A stretch of 64,000 nt of DNA. Origin: a phage. Shown piece by piece: positions 25,390 to 35,002 of the stretch. Location: sequence record PZ338878.1. The stretch is one strand, 5' to 3'. Below the pieces are notes generated by a model that was not told where the DNA came from, ran no database searches, and was given only the letters and a program-made list of their open reading frames with translations. The first letter of the stretch is position 1; each line of letters opens with the position of its first letter. A program made the position numbers and the translations under genes.

Positions 25390-25782
25390 ATGGCAACTGG
25401 AATTTCTTTATCAAACTACCGCCAGGAATTTGGACACCTTGTTCTGGGTGGAGTATTTAGTTCTGACCTAGGTCACTGTGTTCGTGAAGTGAACCTGGTT
25501 AAAACTGCAACCATGAAAATTGGTTCTGTACTGAAAGCTGACAACACAGAAGCTGCTTCTGCTGGTGAAGCTGTTAAAGTTCTGCTGTGGACTGACGCAC
25601 TGTTCGGGATCGATGATGTTGCAGTAGGTGACACTTTCACCGCAGTTGTTGGTGTACGTGACCTGACTCTCAACCGTTATGCAGTTTACTACAAGAGTGG
25701 TGATCTGATTGATGACGCTGGCGTTGCAGCACTGGAAACTCACGATCTGAAACTGACTGAAAAAGTTGTTTTCACTTCTTAA
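25390..25782 (+). CDS. head protein (decoration-type?), highly expressed
   Basis: 130 aa ORF with strong codon bias (CTG, CGT, GGT) like the adjacent capsid gene; AAGGAG RBS. Confidence 0.35.
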   Translation: MATGISLSNYRQEFGHLVLGGVFSSDLGHCVREVNLVKTATMKIGSVLKADNTEAASAGEAVKVLLWTDALFGIDDVAVGDTFTAVVGVRDLTLNRYAVYYKSGDLIDDAGVAALETHDLKLTEKVVFTS

Positions 25783-25803
25783 TTTTTAATAGGAGATTTA
25801 TAC

Positions 25804-26805
25804 ATGCCAGCTATTATCTTAGATCAGGTTGTTGACTTTAGCCCAATGATTGAGCTACAAGAAACTCCTGATACACTTATCGCAAGTCTGAACCTGTTTG
25901 ATGTTCAGTATCATGCTACCACTGCTATCGAAATTGGCAGACAGAAAAATGCAGATGGTCTGATCCCAGCACGTGAACGTGGTGGTGAGCGTAACTTCCT
26001 GACTATGGACGCTCCAAGCGTTAAAGTCTTCCGTATTCCGTTCTTCCCTCTGGATAAGAACATTAAGGCACAGGATATTCAATCCTTCCGTAGCTTCGCT
26101 ATGGGTGGCATCAATGATAACCTGCGTACCGAAGCGGAAGTTGTTAACCGCTATATGACTCAAATCCTGCGTGATGTTGCAAAAACTAAAGAAAAAATCT
26201 TTGCAGAAGCAGTAATGGGTCGTGCATACAATGGTGTTGGTGGTGCAGCTAACTCTGCATACAACTGGTACACCGAATGGGGTGCTACCCAGAAATCAGT
26301 ATCTGTAGATTTCGCTTCTACTACTGTTTCTCCGGCTGCTACCATTGAGAAAGAAGCTCGTGCATACATCATCGATCAGAAACAAGACGGTTCTACCGCT
26401 ACTCGTATCGTTGCTCTGTGCTCTCGTGAGTTCTTTGCTTCTCTGGTTAACTCTCCGTTTGTTCGCCAGGCTTATCAATACTTCCAAGGTACTCCGAACC
26501 TTCTGCGTGACCGCCTAAGCGGTAATATGGACGTTCAAGTATTCGAATGGAATGGTGTAACCTACATCGAAGATATCCACGGTAACATTCCTGCTGGTGA
26601 AGCGTTTGTTCTGCCGATGGGTATTCCAGATATGTTCCAGGCGCACTATGCTCCAGCGGATACTCCAGAACTGGCTAACACTGTTGCTCGTGATCTGTAT
26701 ACCTTTATGGTATCTGAACACCGCACTGTACAGCTACAGTCTGAATTCTCCCTGCTGGCGGTTAATACCCGTCCAGAACTGGTAGTTAAACTGACTACTG
26801 CTTAA
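25804..26805 (+). CDS. major capsid protein (putative)
   Basis: 333 aa, strongly biased codon usage, position after scaffold, followed by a strong terminator. Confidence 0.5.
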   Translation: MPAIILDQVVDFSPMIELQETPDTLIASLNLFDVQYHATTAIEIGRQKNADGLIPARERGGERNFLTMDAPSVKVFRIPFFPLDKNIKAQDIQSFRSFAMGGINDNLRTEAEVVNRYMTQILRDVAKTKEKIFAEAVMGRAYNGVGGAANSAYNWYTEWGATQKSVSVDFASTTVSPAATIEKEARAYIIDQKQDGSTATRIVALCSREFFASLVNSPFVRQAYQYFQGTPNLLRDRLSGNMDVQVFEWNGVTYIEDIHGNIPAGEAFVLPMGIPDMFQAHYAPADTPELANTVARDLYTFMVSEHRTVQLQSEFSLLAVNTRPELVVKLTTA

Positions 26806-26826
26806 TCCTTAACGGGATTCTAAAAA

Positions 26827-26853
26827 GCCTGCCCCTTGCGGGTGGGCTTTTTT
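26827..26853 (+). terminator. rho-independent terminator after the capsid gene
   Basis: GCCTGCCC-CTTGC-GGGTGGGC stem then TTTTTT. Confidence 0.6.
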
Positions 26854-26872
26854 ATTATGTGTCCCACTAACA

Positions 26873-27241
26873 ATGAGAGGAAACACGATTATGGGTAACG
26901 CTGTACTGAAAACATATTTTAGCTACCATGAAATGATTATGGATTTTGCTTCACTATCTCCTGCATTAGATGCAGGTAAGACACTTAGTGTTGCTCCACC
27001 TATGTCATTCTATACTACAGATGGTAGAGTAGCCCTTGGCGGTAACTTTATTCACTTCTTAGTTCGTCTACGTGAAGAGACAGGAATTCAGGTTCATCCC
27101 TTCGGAAGTGAAGAACATCCTGGTTACTATCTCGTTAGCTATGAAGATTATGCACCTGTAGAATTAAAAACGCAAGATAAAATTGAAGTTAAAGCAGTAG
27201 ACACACCAGCAAAGAAACGTGCACAGCGCACTAAAAAGTAA
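26873..27241 (+). CDS. hypothetical head/neck-module protein
   Basis: ORF; start ambiguous (ATG 26873 or 26891). Confidence 0.4.
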   Translation: MRGNTIMGNAVLKTYFSYHEMIMDFASLSPALDAGKTLSVAPPMSFYTTDGRVALGGNFIHFLVRLREETGIQVHPFGSEEHPGYYLVSYEDYAPVELKTQDKIEVKAVDTPAKKRAQRTKK

Positions 27242-27253
27242 TAGGAGGTTTAC

Positions 27254-27802
27254 ATGCTTGTAGCTAGTGACCTTGTACCTATGATCCGTATATTGGTGTT
27301 TAATCCTTCACAAGAAACACTTCCTGATGCAATGATTGAACAGATCATTCAAACGTGGATAGATGTGCTAGGGAATGATGATGCCAATAAATGTGCCGTA
27401 CTGTGGAACAGTCTGATCTCTGTACTTGAATACTTGTGGAATACAGACGTACTAAATCATAATACACAGACAGGTGGTGCTCTTTCTAGAAAAGAGAAAG
27501 TTGGCGAAGTACAGGTTGAAGTAACCTTTGGTACTGGACAGACAGAATACATCTCACCTTGGGAAAATATCTATAAAGGATATCTTGATGGTGATATGAT
27601 GATACCTGGTTGTACTTCTGGTAGAGGTGTAACGAGTAAAGTATTAGTTGGTGGTGTTGATGCTCGTGAAATTGATCGTGTCAACAGTGATCCTAATTCA
27701 GTAAATGGTTTAGGTGGTGTTGGCAGTGTAGATCGACATACGAGAAATATCAAGTATGCCAGAAACTATGGCCCCATTGGTTACTACAGAAGGGATAAAT
27801 AA
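27254..27802 (+). CDS. head-tail joining protein (putative, by synteny)
   Basis: ORF with AGGAGG RBS between capsid and sheath genes. Confidence 0.35.
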   Translation: MLVASDLVPMIRILVFNPSQETLPDAMIEQIIQTWIDVLGNDDANKCAVLWNSLISVLEYLWNTDVLNHNTQTGGALSRKEKVGEVQVEVTFGTGQTEYISPWENIYKGYLDGDMMIPGCTSGRGVTSKVLVGGVDAREIDRVNSDPNSVNGLGGVGSVDRHTRNIKYARNYGPIGYYRRDK

Positions 27803-28290
27803 TGAAATGTGAGATCAAACGTGGCGATGATATGTCGTTAGATGAATATTTTAGTAAAATGCTGGCTCTGGATAATATAGAAATAGATGCTGGTTTTCTT
27901 ACTGCTGTTCGCCATCCAGAATCAGATCTCACTATCCCTGCAATTGCTGCCATACAACAGTTTGGTAATGAAACAAACAATACTCCTGCACGTCCGTTTT
28001 TAACGGATGGTGCAGTCCACGCCAGCAAAGAAATACCTAAACATTTTGATGAAGTGTTTAGAAATTATTTACTTCGTGGAAGGGGTTTAGCTGCCTTTGA
28101 ACCTATTGCAAAAGTTTCACGAGAATCTATTGCTAAAGCGATTGCTCTGCAACGTTATAGACCACTATCTCCTGTGACTATTAAAATCCGTAGAGATAAA
28201 GGTAACTACTCTTCTCATATTCTTATTGATACTGGACACTTAATTAACAGTATTGAATCAGAAATCAAGAAGGGTCGTTCTAAAAAATAA
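27802..28290 (+). CDS. head-tail joining protein (putative, by synteny)
   Basis: ORF; start overlaps upstream stop (ATGA). Confidence 0.35.
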   Translation: MKCEIKRGDDMSLDEYFSKMLALDNIEIDAGFLTAVRHPESDLTIPAIAAIQQFGNETNNTPARPFLTDGAVHASKEIPKHFDEVFRNYLLRGRGLAAFEPIAKVSRESIAKAIALQRYRPLSPVTIKIRRDKGNYSSHILIDTGHLINSIESEIKKGRSKK

Positions 28291-28291
28291 C

Positions 28292-28320
28292 TTGCAATAA
28301 GTCTGTTTTTGATGTATACT
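28292..28320 (+). promoter_or_regulatory. sigma70-type promoter (TTGCAA, 17 nt, TG-TATACT)
   Basis: 5/6 -35, TG-preceded -10, upstream of the AAAGGAGA RBS of gene 28335. Confidence 0.4.
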
Positions 28321-28334
28321 AAAAAGGAGATACA

Positions 28335-28751
28335 ATGCTATTAGACCAATTTACTCTCCTTGATCTTACAACGTATCAGGGTCGTAAAAGAACCTATGTT
28401 CAAGATCCTGATTCGCCAATTTCCAATATGGGTAATACAGTAGCATACGAAGACTTTACAATAGAGGCTGCAAGTTTGCAACCAATATCAGGTAGAACAC
28501 TTCAAGCACTGCCAGAGGGATACAGATCTAAGGCACAATATAGCTTCTGGACAAAAACAGAAATCAGAGGCATTCAGCAAGGATCAGATCAATTATCTGA
28601 CCAAATACTAATAGATGGACAATGGTTTTCCATTTATTCTTTGAAAGATTGGACAAGAACATCTTTCTTAATACACACACATTGTGTTGCTATTCTAGAT
28701 GACCAGAATAACACCTATTCTTATTCTGAGGAGGGTGGTAATTTTGGCTAA
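28335..28751 (+). CDS. neck/tail-completion protein (putative, by synteny)
   Basis: ORF with AAAGGAG RBS. Confidence 0.35.
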   Translation: MLLDQFTLLDLTTYQGRKRTYVQDPDSPISNMGNTVAYEDFTIEAASLQPISGRTLQALPEGYRSKAQYSFWTKTEIRGIQQGSDQLSDQILIDGQWFSIYSLKDWTRTSFLIHTHCVAILDDQNNTYSYSEEGGNFG

Positions 28752-29400
28752 TATCTACGAACAAATTGAATTGTATGAAAATACGATATTATTAAATATC
28801 GCTAAGTTCTTACAAAGACTCGTGGGGCTTCCGGTTTATGTTATGGATAAGCCATTTGTTAAACCAACAACCCCATATCTGACATTACGTATTGTATCAT
28901 CTGATGATTCAGGTGGTTGGTCACAAAAATATTCTTTTAGTGAAGATGCGTTTTCATATCTAATGGACAATAAGTATGAAATAGAACTTATGGCTTTTAG
29001 AGGAAGACCAATGACACTTTTAAGTTATGTTCTTGCGGCACTTCGTGGTGCAGATGAATTAAAATACCAGTATCTTTATTCCAAAGGTATTAGCTTCTTG
29101 TCTGCAACAAATGTTGCACAGGCTAACACTGTTCTGGATGGAGATAAAACTGAACAAAGAGCGAGAATATTTCTTACATTCAATACTACGATGGTTATTG
29201 AGGATTTAGTAACTACCGAAATTGAAGCAATTAATATGAACATTCATTCGTTCAGAGATGATTACGATGATCCTACTCCAATAGATCTTCCTTTGGATAA
29301 GATTTACATTGTTGCTCACAGAAGTAAAACTTATTACTTTACGACGACTGATGATGGATCATTAATTAAGTATATCCCAACGGATAATTCATTGGAATAA
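28744..29400 (+). CDS. neck/tail-completion protein (putative, by synteny)
   Basis: ORF; probable TTG start at 28744 after GAGGAGGG RBS (ORF-track ATG at 28699 lies deep in the upstream gene). Confidence 0.35.
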   Translation: MANIYEQIELYENTILLNIAKFLQRLVGLPVYVMDKPFVKPTTPYLTLRIVSSDDSGGWSQKYSFSEDAFSYLMDNKYEIELMAFRGRPMTLLSYVLAALRGADELKYQYLYSKGISFLSATNVAQANTVLDGDKTEQRARIFLTFNTTMVIEDLVTTEIEAINMNIHSFRDDYDDPTPIDLPLDKIYIVAHRSKTYYFTTTDDGSLIKYIPTDNSLE

Positions 29401-29420
29401 AGTTTCTAACAGGAGCATAA

Positions 29421-30827
29421 ATGGCAACTTTTCGTGATAAGGTAGTTTCCGTAACCCTTACCTACGGTGCTACTTCAATTAGTGAAACACAGTTTGATAT
29501 CCCTCTAATTCTTACAGGGCATAACGTTACTGGCAATCTTGTAGATTATTTCACTTCTTCAGACGCACTTCTGCAAGCAGGTTTTGGCACTGCCGATCCA
29601 GCTTATAAAATGGCAAAACTACTATTTGACGGTCTGTTCGCACCAGAACAAGTTATCGTCGGTAAGCGTGATGTTTCTAAAACAACTCTAACTCCAGTAG
29701 TTGAAGATAGTGCAACTTACGTTATCACTATTAAAGCAAATTCAAAAAGCAAGGACTTCAAGTTTGTTGCCGATGATACTGCAACTGCTCAAGAGATTGT
29801 TGTTGGTTTAACAGAAATGATCAACGCAGACATGGTGTATAAAGAATTCTTCACTGTGTCAAACGATGGTAGTGTTATCACTGTAACCCCAGTTGCAGGT
29901 AAATACGCTACTATGGATAGTTCAGGATTCACAACTAAAGTAGAATATGCAAATGATATCTTAGAAGATATTGCTAAAATTGCAGATTATGAAAACAGTT
30001 GGTTCTGGTTACTATCTGATTCTCACGCAGAACAAGATATTATCGATCTAGCAGGTTATGTAGAAGAGCACGATAAAGTGTATTTCTTCTCTACCTCGCA
30101 ACCAGGTGTTCTAACTAAACAAGAAGATAACATTCTAGAACGCTTAGGTGATATGGGCTACAATAACACTTGTATGGCATTGTGGATGACTAACGCTGAT
30201 ACAGTGTTCCCAGAAGCTGCTGTAGTTGGTTCTATCTGCTCTGCAACACCAGGTACTACTACCCTGCATGGTAAAACCCTTGTTGGTATCGAGATTGAAA
30301 AACTTGGTCAGACAGCAGAAAACTTTATCGTTCAACAGAATGGTAATATTTACCGTAAAGAACACGGTGTTCTGTTCTACCGTGATGGTTTCATGGTTAG
30401 TGGTTTCTATGTTGACTATGTGGTACACGCTCTGTGGTTCAAAGCTCGCGTAGAAGAATCTCTGTTCGCTCTATTTAAACAGCAATCTATGCTTGGTAGT
30501 GGTGTTAGAGCAACTTCTGCTGGTCTTGCTTTGATTCGTCAGGCTGTTACTGCAAACCCAATCCAAGTAGGTATTAACAATGGTTCTATTGCCAATGAGG
30601 TAGTAACTTCAGAGGAAACAGGACTTCTGGTAAGCCTTAAACCTACTATCTATATCCCATCTCGTGCAGATATGACTGATGCTCAAATCAATGCACGTTT
30701 GGTTGATGGTATGGTTATTGAATACGTATATGCTGGATTCTTCCACTATGTTAAAGTGCAGGTAAACGTTCTGACGAACCGCACTGCAAATAGCCAGAAT
30801 TCCAATAGCTCTACTGTATCTTCATAA
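29421..30827 (+). CDS. tail sheath protein (putative)
   Basis: 468 aa, biased codon usage, AGGAG RBS, directly upstream of tube-sized gene. Confidence 0.45.
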   Translation: MATFRDKVVSVTLTYGATSISETQFDIPLILTGHNVTGNLVDYFTSSDALLQAGFGTADPAYKMAKLLFDGLFAPEQVIVGKRDVSKTTLTPVVEDSATYVITIKANSKSKDFKFVADDTATAQEIVVGLTEMINADMVYKEFFTVSNDGSVITVTPVAGKYATMDSSGFTTKVEYANDILEDIAKIADYENSWFWLLSDSHAEQDIIDLAGYVEEHDKVYFFSTSQPGVLTKQEDNILERLGDMGYNNTCMALWMTNADTVFPEAAVVGSICSATPGTTTLHGKTLVGIEIEKLGQTAENFIVQQNGNIYRKEHGVLFYRDGFMVSGFYVDYVVHALWFKARVEESLFALFKQQSMLGSGVRATSAGLALIRQAVTANPIQVGINNGSIANEVVTSEETGLLVSLKPTIYIPSRADMTDAQINARLVDGMVIEYVYAGFFHYVKVQVNVLTNRTANSQNSNSSTVSS

Positions 30828-30835
30828 TTAAAAGC

Positions 30836-30853
30836 AGCGGGGGAAACCCCGCT
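30836..30853 (+). terminator. GC-rich hairpin (partial terminator/attenuator) between sheath and tube genes
   Basis: AGCGGGG-GAAA-CCCCGCT with no U-tract. Confidence 0.3.
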
Positions 30854-30885
30854 TATATGAAAAGTAGTATAAAAGGAGATCCACT

Positions 30886-31365
30886 TTGGATAAAATGCTT
30901 ACTGGCGTAATGGCCTATGATCCTTCTCAAGTAATCCTGTCTTTGGGTGGTTGGGAACCTTGGGGTTTCGCCGCAGATACCAAAATTGTTATTAACAAAA
31001 CTAACGATATCATCAACCCATATTCAGGTACTGATGGTGACGTTTCCTTGGCGCTTAGTCGTAACCGTTTAGGTACGCTAACAATGTCACTGCAACGTAC
31101 TTCTCCAGCAAACGAAGTTCTTGCTGCTTATGCACAAACGATGTATTCTACTCGTCAAGTAGCATTTAGCGTATATCTGGAAGACCCTCGCGGATATTAT
31201 ATCAGCACAATTGGTTGGATTCAAAGCCAACCGGACGATACTATTGGTGAAACTATTCAAGAAAACCAATGGGTAATTGGTCTTAAAGATGCAAGCCTAC
31301 TTCGTTCTACTGTAGGTGTTGGTGTTAACGCACTTAACTCTATTAGTGCTCTAACTATTCAGTAA
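30886..31365 (+). CDS. tail tube protein (putative)
   Basis: 159 aa ORF after sheath gene; AAAGGAG RBS; TTG start. Confidence 0.45.
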   Translation: MDKMLTGVMAYDPSQVILSLGGWEPWGFAADTKIVINKTNDIINPYSGTDGDVSLALSRNRLGTLTMSLQRTSPANEVLAAYAQTMYSTRQVAFSVYLEDPRGYYISTIGWIQSQPDDTIGETIQENQWVIGLKDASLLRSTVGVGVNALNSISALTIQ

Positions 31366-31368
31366 TAA

Positions 31369-31394
31369 AAAGGGCAGAAATGCCCTTTATTTTT
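31369..31394 (+). terminator. rho-independent terminator after the tube gene
   Basis: AAAGGGCA-GAAA-TGCCCTTT then ATTTTT. Confidence 0.55.
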
Positions 31395-31408
31395 AAAGAG
31401 AGGAAATA

Positions 31409-31891
31409 ATGGAACAACAAAAAGATAATACTATTGCAAAATTTGCTCGTCCAGAAGTAATGGTTGAAATTGATCTGGATGAAGGACGCAGTGTAAAATT
31501 TAGAGTTCTCAAGTGGAGTCCGACTAAAGTTTTTGAAAGGATTCCAGAACTAGGTAGTGTACTGGCTGTTCCTATGACAATGTATAATACTGCTCTTATG
31601 TCAGCAGACGAAGATCTAGAAGCTCGTATTGCTATGGCACTGATCCAATTATTCAGTGGTCTGGAAGAAAAAAACTTAGCCGCATTCTTACGTAAAATTT
31701 TAGATGAAGTTTACACAGAAGCAGGACACAGTGTTTCCGATAATTTTGATGAATTGTTTTTTGCTCACCCAGAATTAGTTGTTGACTTAGCTGCAAAAGT
31801 TCTTGAGGTGAACTATGCCCCTTTTTTCAAACGAGGTTTCGGAAAACTGTTGACCCAATTTCAAGGAATAGAGACTCTAGCGAAGAGTTAA
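31409..31891 (+). CDS. tail assembly chaperone (G-like)
   Basis: 160 aa ORF between tube and tape-measure genes; slippery site near its 3' end. Confidence 0.5.
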   Translation: MEQQKDNTIAKFARPEVMVEIDLDEGRSVKFRVLKWSPTKVFERIPELGSVLAVPMTMYNTALMSADEDLEARIAMALIQLFSGLEEKNLAAFLRKILDEVYTEAGHSVSDNFDELFFAHPELVVDLAAKVLEVNYAPFFKRGFGKLLTQFQGIETLAKS

Positions 31892-32166
31892 GTCCGGCAA
31901 TTAAATCAGCAATTGAAATTGCCTCACAAACCCTTAGCTTGACATGGTATGAAGTAATTCTTTGTAAGGTAATTAAGAATACCTCCGAAACCTTGTCCTC
32001 GTTAGATAATTATGGTGTAGATTATCTACTTAAAATTTATGAATATTTAACATTTGAAGACTATGTACAAGATCTTCACGTTAAAGATGCGGATATTAAA
32101 CGTGGTCAACAGAGAACAATAAGAGAACTGGATACGGCTATGAAAAAATTAATTCCAGATTCATAA
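31409..32166 (+). CDS. tail assembly chaperone, -1 frameshift fusion product (G-T-like)
   Basis: Shift at 31822-31828 joins ORF 31409 to the 31939-32166 ORF frame; canonical position immediately upstream of the tape-measure gene. Confidence 0.4.
31822..31828 (+). other. -1 programmed ribosomal frameshift slippery heptamer T TTT TTC
   Basis: X XXY YYZ heptamer in the chaperone 0 frame; the -1 frame is open from 31807 to 32166. Confidence 0.45.
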
Positions 32167-32185
32167 GTAATACGGAGGATTACCC

Positions 32186-34165
32186 TTGTTAGAAATTAAC
32201 ACTTCCAAGATTAAGAATACAGTAACGTTTACTGTAGATAAAGACAGTTTAAAAAATACTAAAGACGCAATTAAAAACCTTAAAACTTTTACAGAATCTA
32301 TTGAACCATCTTTAAATATGACTAAAATGCGTCGTCAGTTTAAAAGTATGGAAGAGTATGCTAAAAGAATAAGGCAGCAAATGTCAGGTCTTGGCGGCGG
32401 TAATCCTCCACCAATCCCACCAGCCGGAGGTTCAAGTGGTGGTGGAAAAGGAGGAAGTGGTAGAGGTGGTTCTGGATCTTCTGGAGGACGTAAGACACCA
32501 GAGGAAAGAGCCGCAGAAGCCGCCGCTAAACGTGCAGCACTTGCTAATATGAAGCAAGACGATTTTAGTTTTAAAGCTATGCCTTTTACAAAAGCAGACA
32601 GCAGAATTCTAGAAAAATCTAAAAAGATTGTAGAAGAAACTGTTGAACTTTATCGTAAAGGTGTAATCACTAGCCAACAAATGAATAATACTTTGGCTAG
32701 ACAGTTAGAAGAACTACGAAGATCTCATAGAGAGAAGAATGCACAACTTCTTGATGAAGAGAGAGCTAGACGTAGAATTGCCCGTCTGCAAGAAGCAGAA
32801 GATAAAAGAAGACAGCGTATCCGAGAAAGAGAAAGAAAGGATTTCGAACGTCAGCAAAGAAGAGAGAAAGAAGCAAGACAACGAGATAGACAACGTAAGC
32901 TATCTGGTGTAGGTAATGCTGCTATTGCTCTTAACCCTGCTATGTTTGGTGCTGCTCTTTTAGGTGCTGGTTTATATCAAGGTATAAGCAAAATAGCTGA
33001 AAATATTACAGCGGCGGCAGAACGTATTAATATGGTTAGTAAAGGTGGTCAGAACGTACAGGTAAACCCTAACGCAATTTTAACAATGCGTACTTGGGGT
33101 GAAATGAACGGTGTAGACTCTGCCAGCATTATTAAAGCCATTGACAATATTAAAGACGTTCGTGAACGTTTAGGTAATACTGTACTCCACTCTGAATTTG
33201 ATGAAAAATCAGGTAAATGGAAAGGTGGAGATAGTGGTATTAATGAAATCATGAACCAATTTGGTTGGTCGAAAGAAGATGTTGCTAAATTCCAGAACAG
33301 ACCTCTAGACTTTGTTCAAGCACTTGTTAATGAAGGTCAAAAAAGAGGAATGAACTCCGCGCAAATTGGTCGTTTGATGGAAAACCTTGGTGATGACTTA
33401 ATGCACTACCAACGTATGTTTTTGGATAACGGTAAAGAGTACATGAAAGTCTTGGATATGTTAAAAAATTCAGGAGCAACTCTTAACGATGAAAACATCA
33501 AAGCAGCACAAGATTTTGTTAAACTAAGAGCACAAATTAGTGCAGCAGGAGAAGGTTTTACCAATAACTTACTTGTAGGGTTTATGGATGGTTTAAAATC
33601 TGCACCAGATTTTGCAGAAAATATGAAAACTTTCCAAGAAGCTGCTCGTGGTCTTGGTGAAATGTCTGGTAGTATTGTAAGTAGCCTTGCAAAAATTGCG
33701 AAATATTTCCTTGATTTTTCAAATAAGGTTGGGCCAAAAAACAATACTAAAGAAGCTGTAAGAGATTATTATAATGGTACGCAGTATGGGTACGATGCAC
33801 AGGTTGGTGGTAATCCTTGGGCTTATTGGCCTATTGGAAGAGATCAACATAAACCTGAAAATCAACCTTTAGGTGACTTTGATAGTAGTTTCTTAACTAG
33901 CGCCTTAAACCCAAGTGCTTCTAGTATTGGTTACAATAGACCTGATTTAACAGCATCTATGCTAACACCACGCCAAGGTGTTCCAGTACCGTTAAGTCTA
34001 GAGAATACGGTTGTTATCCCAGACAACGCATTCCAGATTAATGTTATTCCAGATGGTTATGGTTTTAGTAATTATCTAGATGCGACAATGAATACCAGTT
34101 TTAGTAACTTCTCACAAGGTTTAACTCTTCAGTTAAGCAGTGGACAATCTTCTACTGGTGGTTAA
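32186..34165 (+). CDS. tail tape measure protein
   Basis: 659 aa; Gly-rich tracts (GGGNPPPIPPAGGSSGGGKGGSG); Arg/Glu-rich coiled coil; TTG start after GGAGGA RBS. Confidence 0.6.
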   Translation: MLEINTSKIKNTVTFTVDKDSLKNTKDAIKNLKTFTESIEPSLNMTKMRRQFKSMEEYAKRIRQQMSGLGGGNPPPIPPAGGSSGGGKGGSGRGGSGSSGGRKTPEERAAEAAAKRAALANMKQDDFSFKAMPFTKADSRILEKSKKIVEETVELYRKGVITSQQMNNTLARQLEELRRSHREKNAQLLDEERARRRIARLQEAEDKRRQRIRERERKDFERQQRREKEARQRDRQRKLSGVGNAAIALNPAMFGAALLGAGLYQGISKIAENITAAAERINMVSKGGQNVQVNPNAILTMRTWGEMNGVDSASIIKAIDNIKDVRERLGNTVLHSEFDEKSGKWKGGDSGINEIMNQFGWSKEDVAKFQNRPLDFVQALVNEGQKRGMNSAQIGRLMENLGDDLMHYQRMFLDNGKEYMKVLDMLKNSGATLNDENIKAAQDFVKLRAQISAAGEGFTNNLLVGFMDGLKSAPDFAENMKTFQEAARGLGEMSGSIVSSLAKIAKYFLDFSNKVGPKNNTKEAVRDYYNGTQYGYDAQVGGNPWAYWPIGRDQHKPENQPLGDFDSSFLTSALNPSASSIGYNRPDLTASMLTPRQGVPVPLSLENTVVIPDNAFQINVIPDGYGFSNYLDATMNTSFSNFSQGLTLQLSSGQSSTGG

Positions 34166-34172
34166 TGCATAA

Positions 34173-34196
34173 AGCCTCGCTTCGGCGGGGCTTTTT
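34173..34196 (+). terminator. rho-independent terminator after the tape-measure gene
   Basis: 8-bp stem AAGCCTCGC/GCGGGGCT with TTCG tetraloop then TTTTT. Confidence 0.6.
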
Positions 34197-34203
34197 ATTT
34201 GTC

Positions 34204-34233
34204 TTGACAAAGAGTTGTTTTTCGTGATAAAAT
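34204..34233 (+). promoter_or_regulatory. sigma70-type promoter (TTGACA, 18 nt, TGa-TAAAAT)
   Basis: Perfect -35 plus extended -10; upstream of the baseplate gene block. Confidence 0.5.
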
Positions 34234-34280
34234 GAGTGATAAGGGAGAATGTTTCTTATCACATTAAGAGGTAAAATTAT

Positions 34281-34991
34281 ATGGCAGCAAACACTCCAGA
34301 ACAACACGTTCAAGCGGTTTATAAAGCGGAACAAGATATAAATTCTACAAAAAACACAAATAACTCTGCCTCTACTGTGAAAGGGGAGAATGGTTTTTGT
34401 ATTTTAGCAAGTGTTTACAATAGTGCAAGTGATCAATATATTCAAAACTACCAGGCTATAGTTTTTGATGCTGTGCCAAATATCGGTGTAAAACGCCAAG
34501 CAGATGTTACTAGCTATCCTGTAGAAAATGGTGCTAATGTATCGGATCACGTTCAAGTTAAAAATAATACTTTCTCTTTATCAGGAATGATTACAGAGAC
34601 ACCTGTAAGATTGATGCGAGATATGCTATATAGTGCTGGTGTTAACGGTACTCGTATCAGTCAAGCAATTACTTACTTAGATAAAATATTTGATGAAAGA
34701 CAGCCTATCATTTTAATAACAGAACATAAGGTGTATGAGAATGTTATTTTGAAAGGCATATCATATGAATATCAAACAGAATATGCAATGCAATTTGACT
34801 TGGAATTTGAACAAGTAAGATTAGTTTCCTACGGGGAAACAAATGCTATTGCACTTAAGACAAAACCAAATAAGAATACAGGTGTTAAAAACAAGAAAGG
34901 TACTAGTCCAGATGCTGATTTGGATGCAAGAACAGGGAAAGCAACTGGTACAGAACATCTTAGTGATCACAGTGCAGATGGTAAAAAATAA
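34281..34991 (+). CDS. baseplate/tail structural protein (putative)
   Basis: ORF with AAGAGG RBS; first gene after the TMP terminator. Confidence 0.4.
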   Translation: MAANTPEQHVQAVYKAEQDINSTKNTNNSASTVKGENGFCILASVYNSASDQYIQNYQAIVFDAVPNIGVKRQADVTSYPVENGANVSDHVQVKNNTFSLSGMITETPVRLMRDMLYSAGVNGTRISQAITYLDKIFDERQPIILITEHKVYENVILKGISYEYQTEYAMQFDLEFEQVRLVSYGETNAIALKTKPNKNTGVKNKKGTSPDADLDARTGKATGTEHLSDHSADGKK

Positions 34992-35002
34992 GGAGAAAAT
35001 TT

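Noticed and set aside
25468-25743. Minus-strand ORFs inside late structural genes (25468-25743, 26160-26372, 33406-33744, 40433-40816, 56900-57268 and others)
   Set aside because: Antisense to highly expressed structural genes, with no RBS and Ser/Thr/Cys-rich composition typical of out-of-frame translation.
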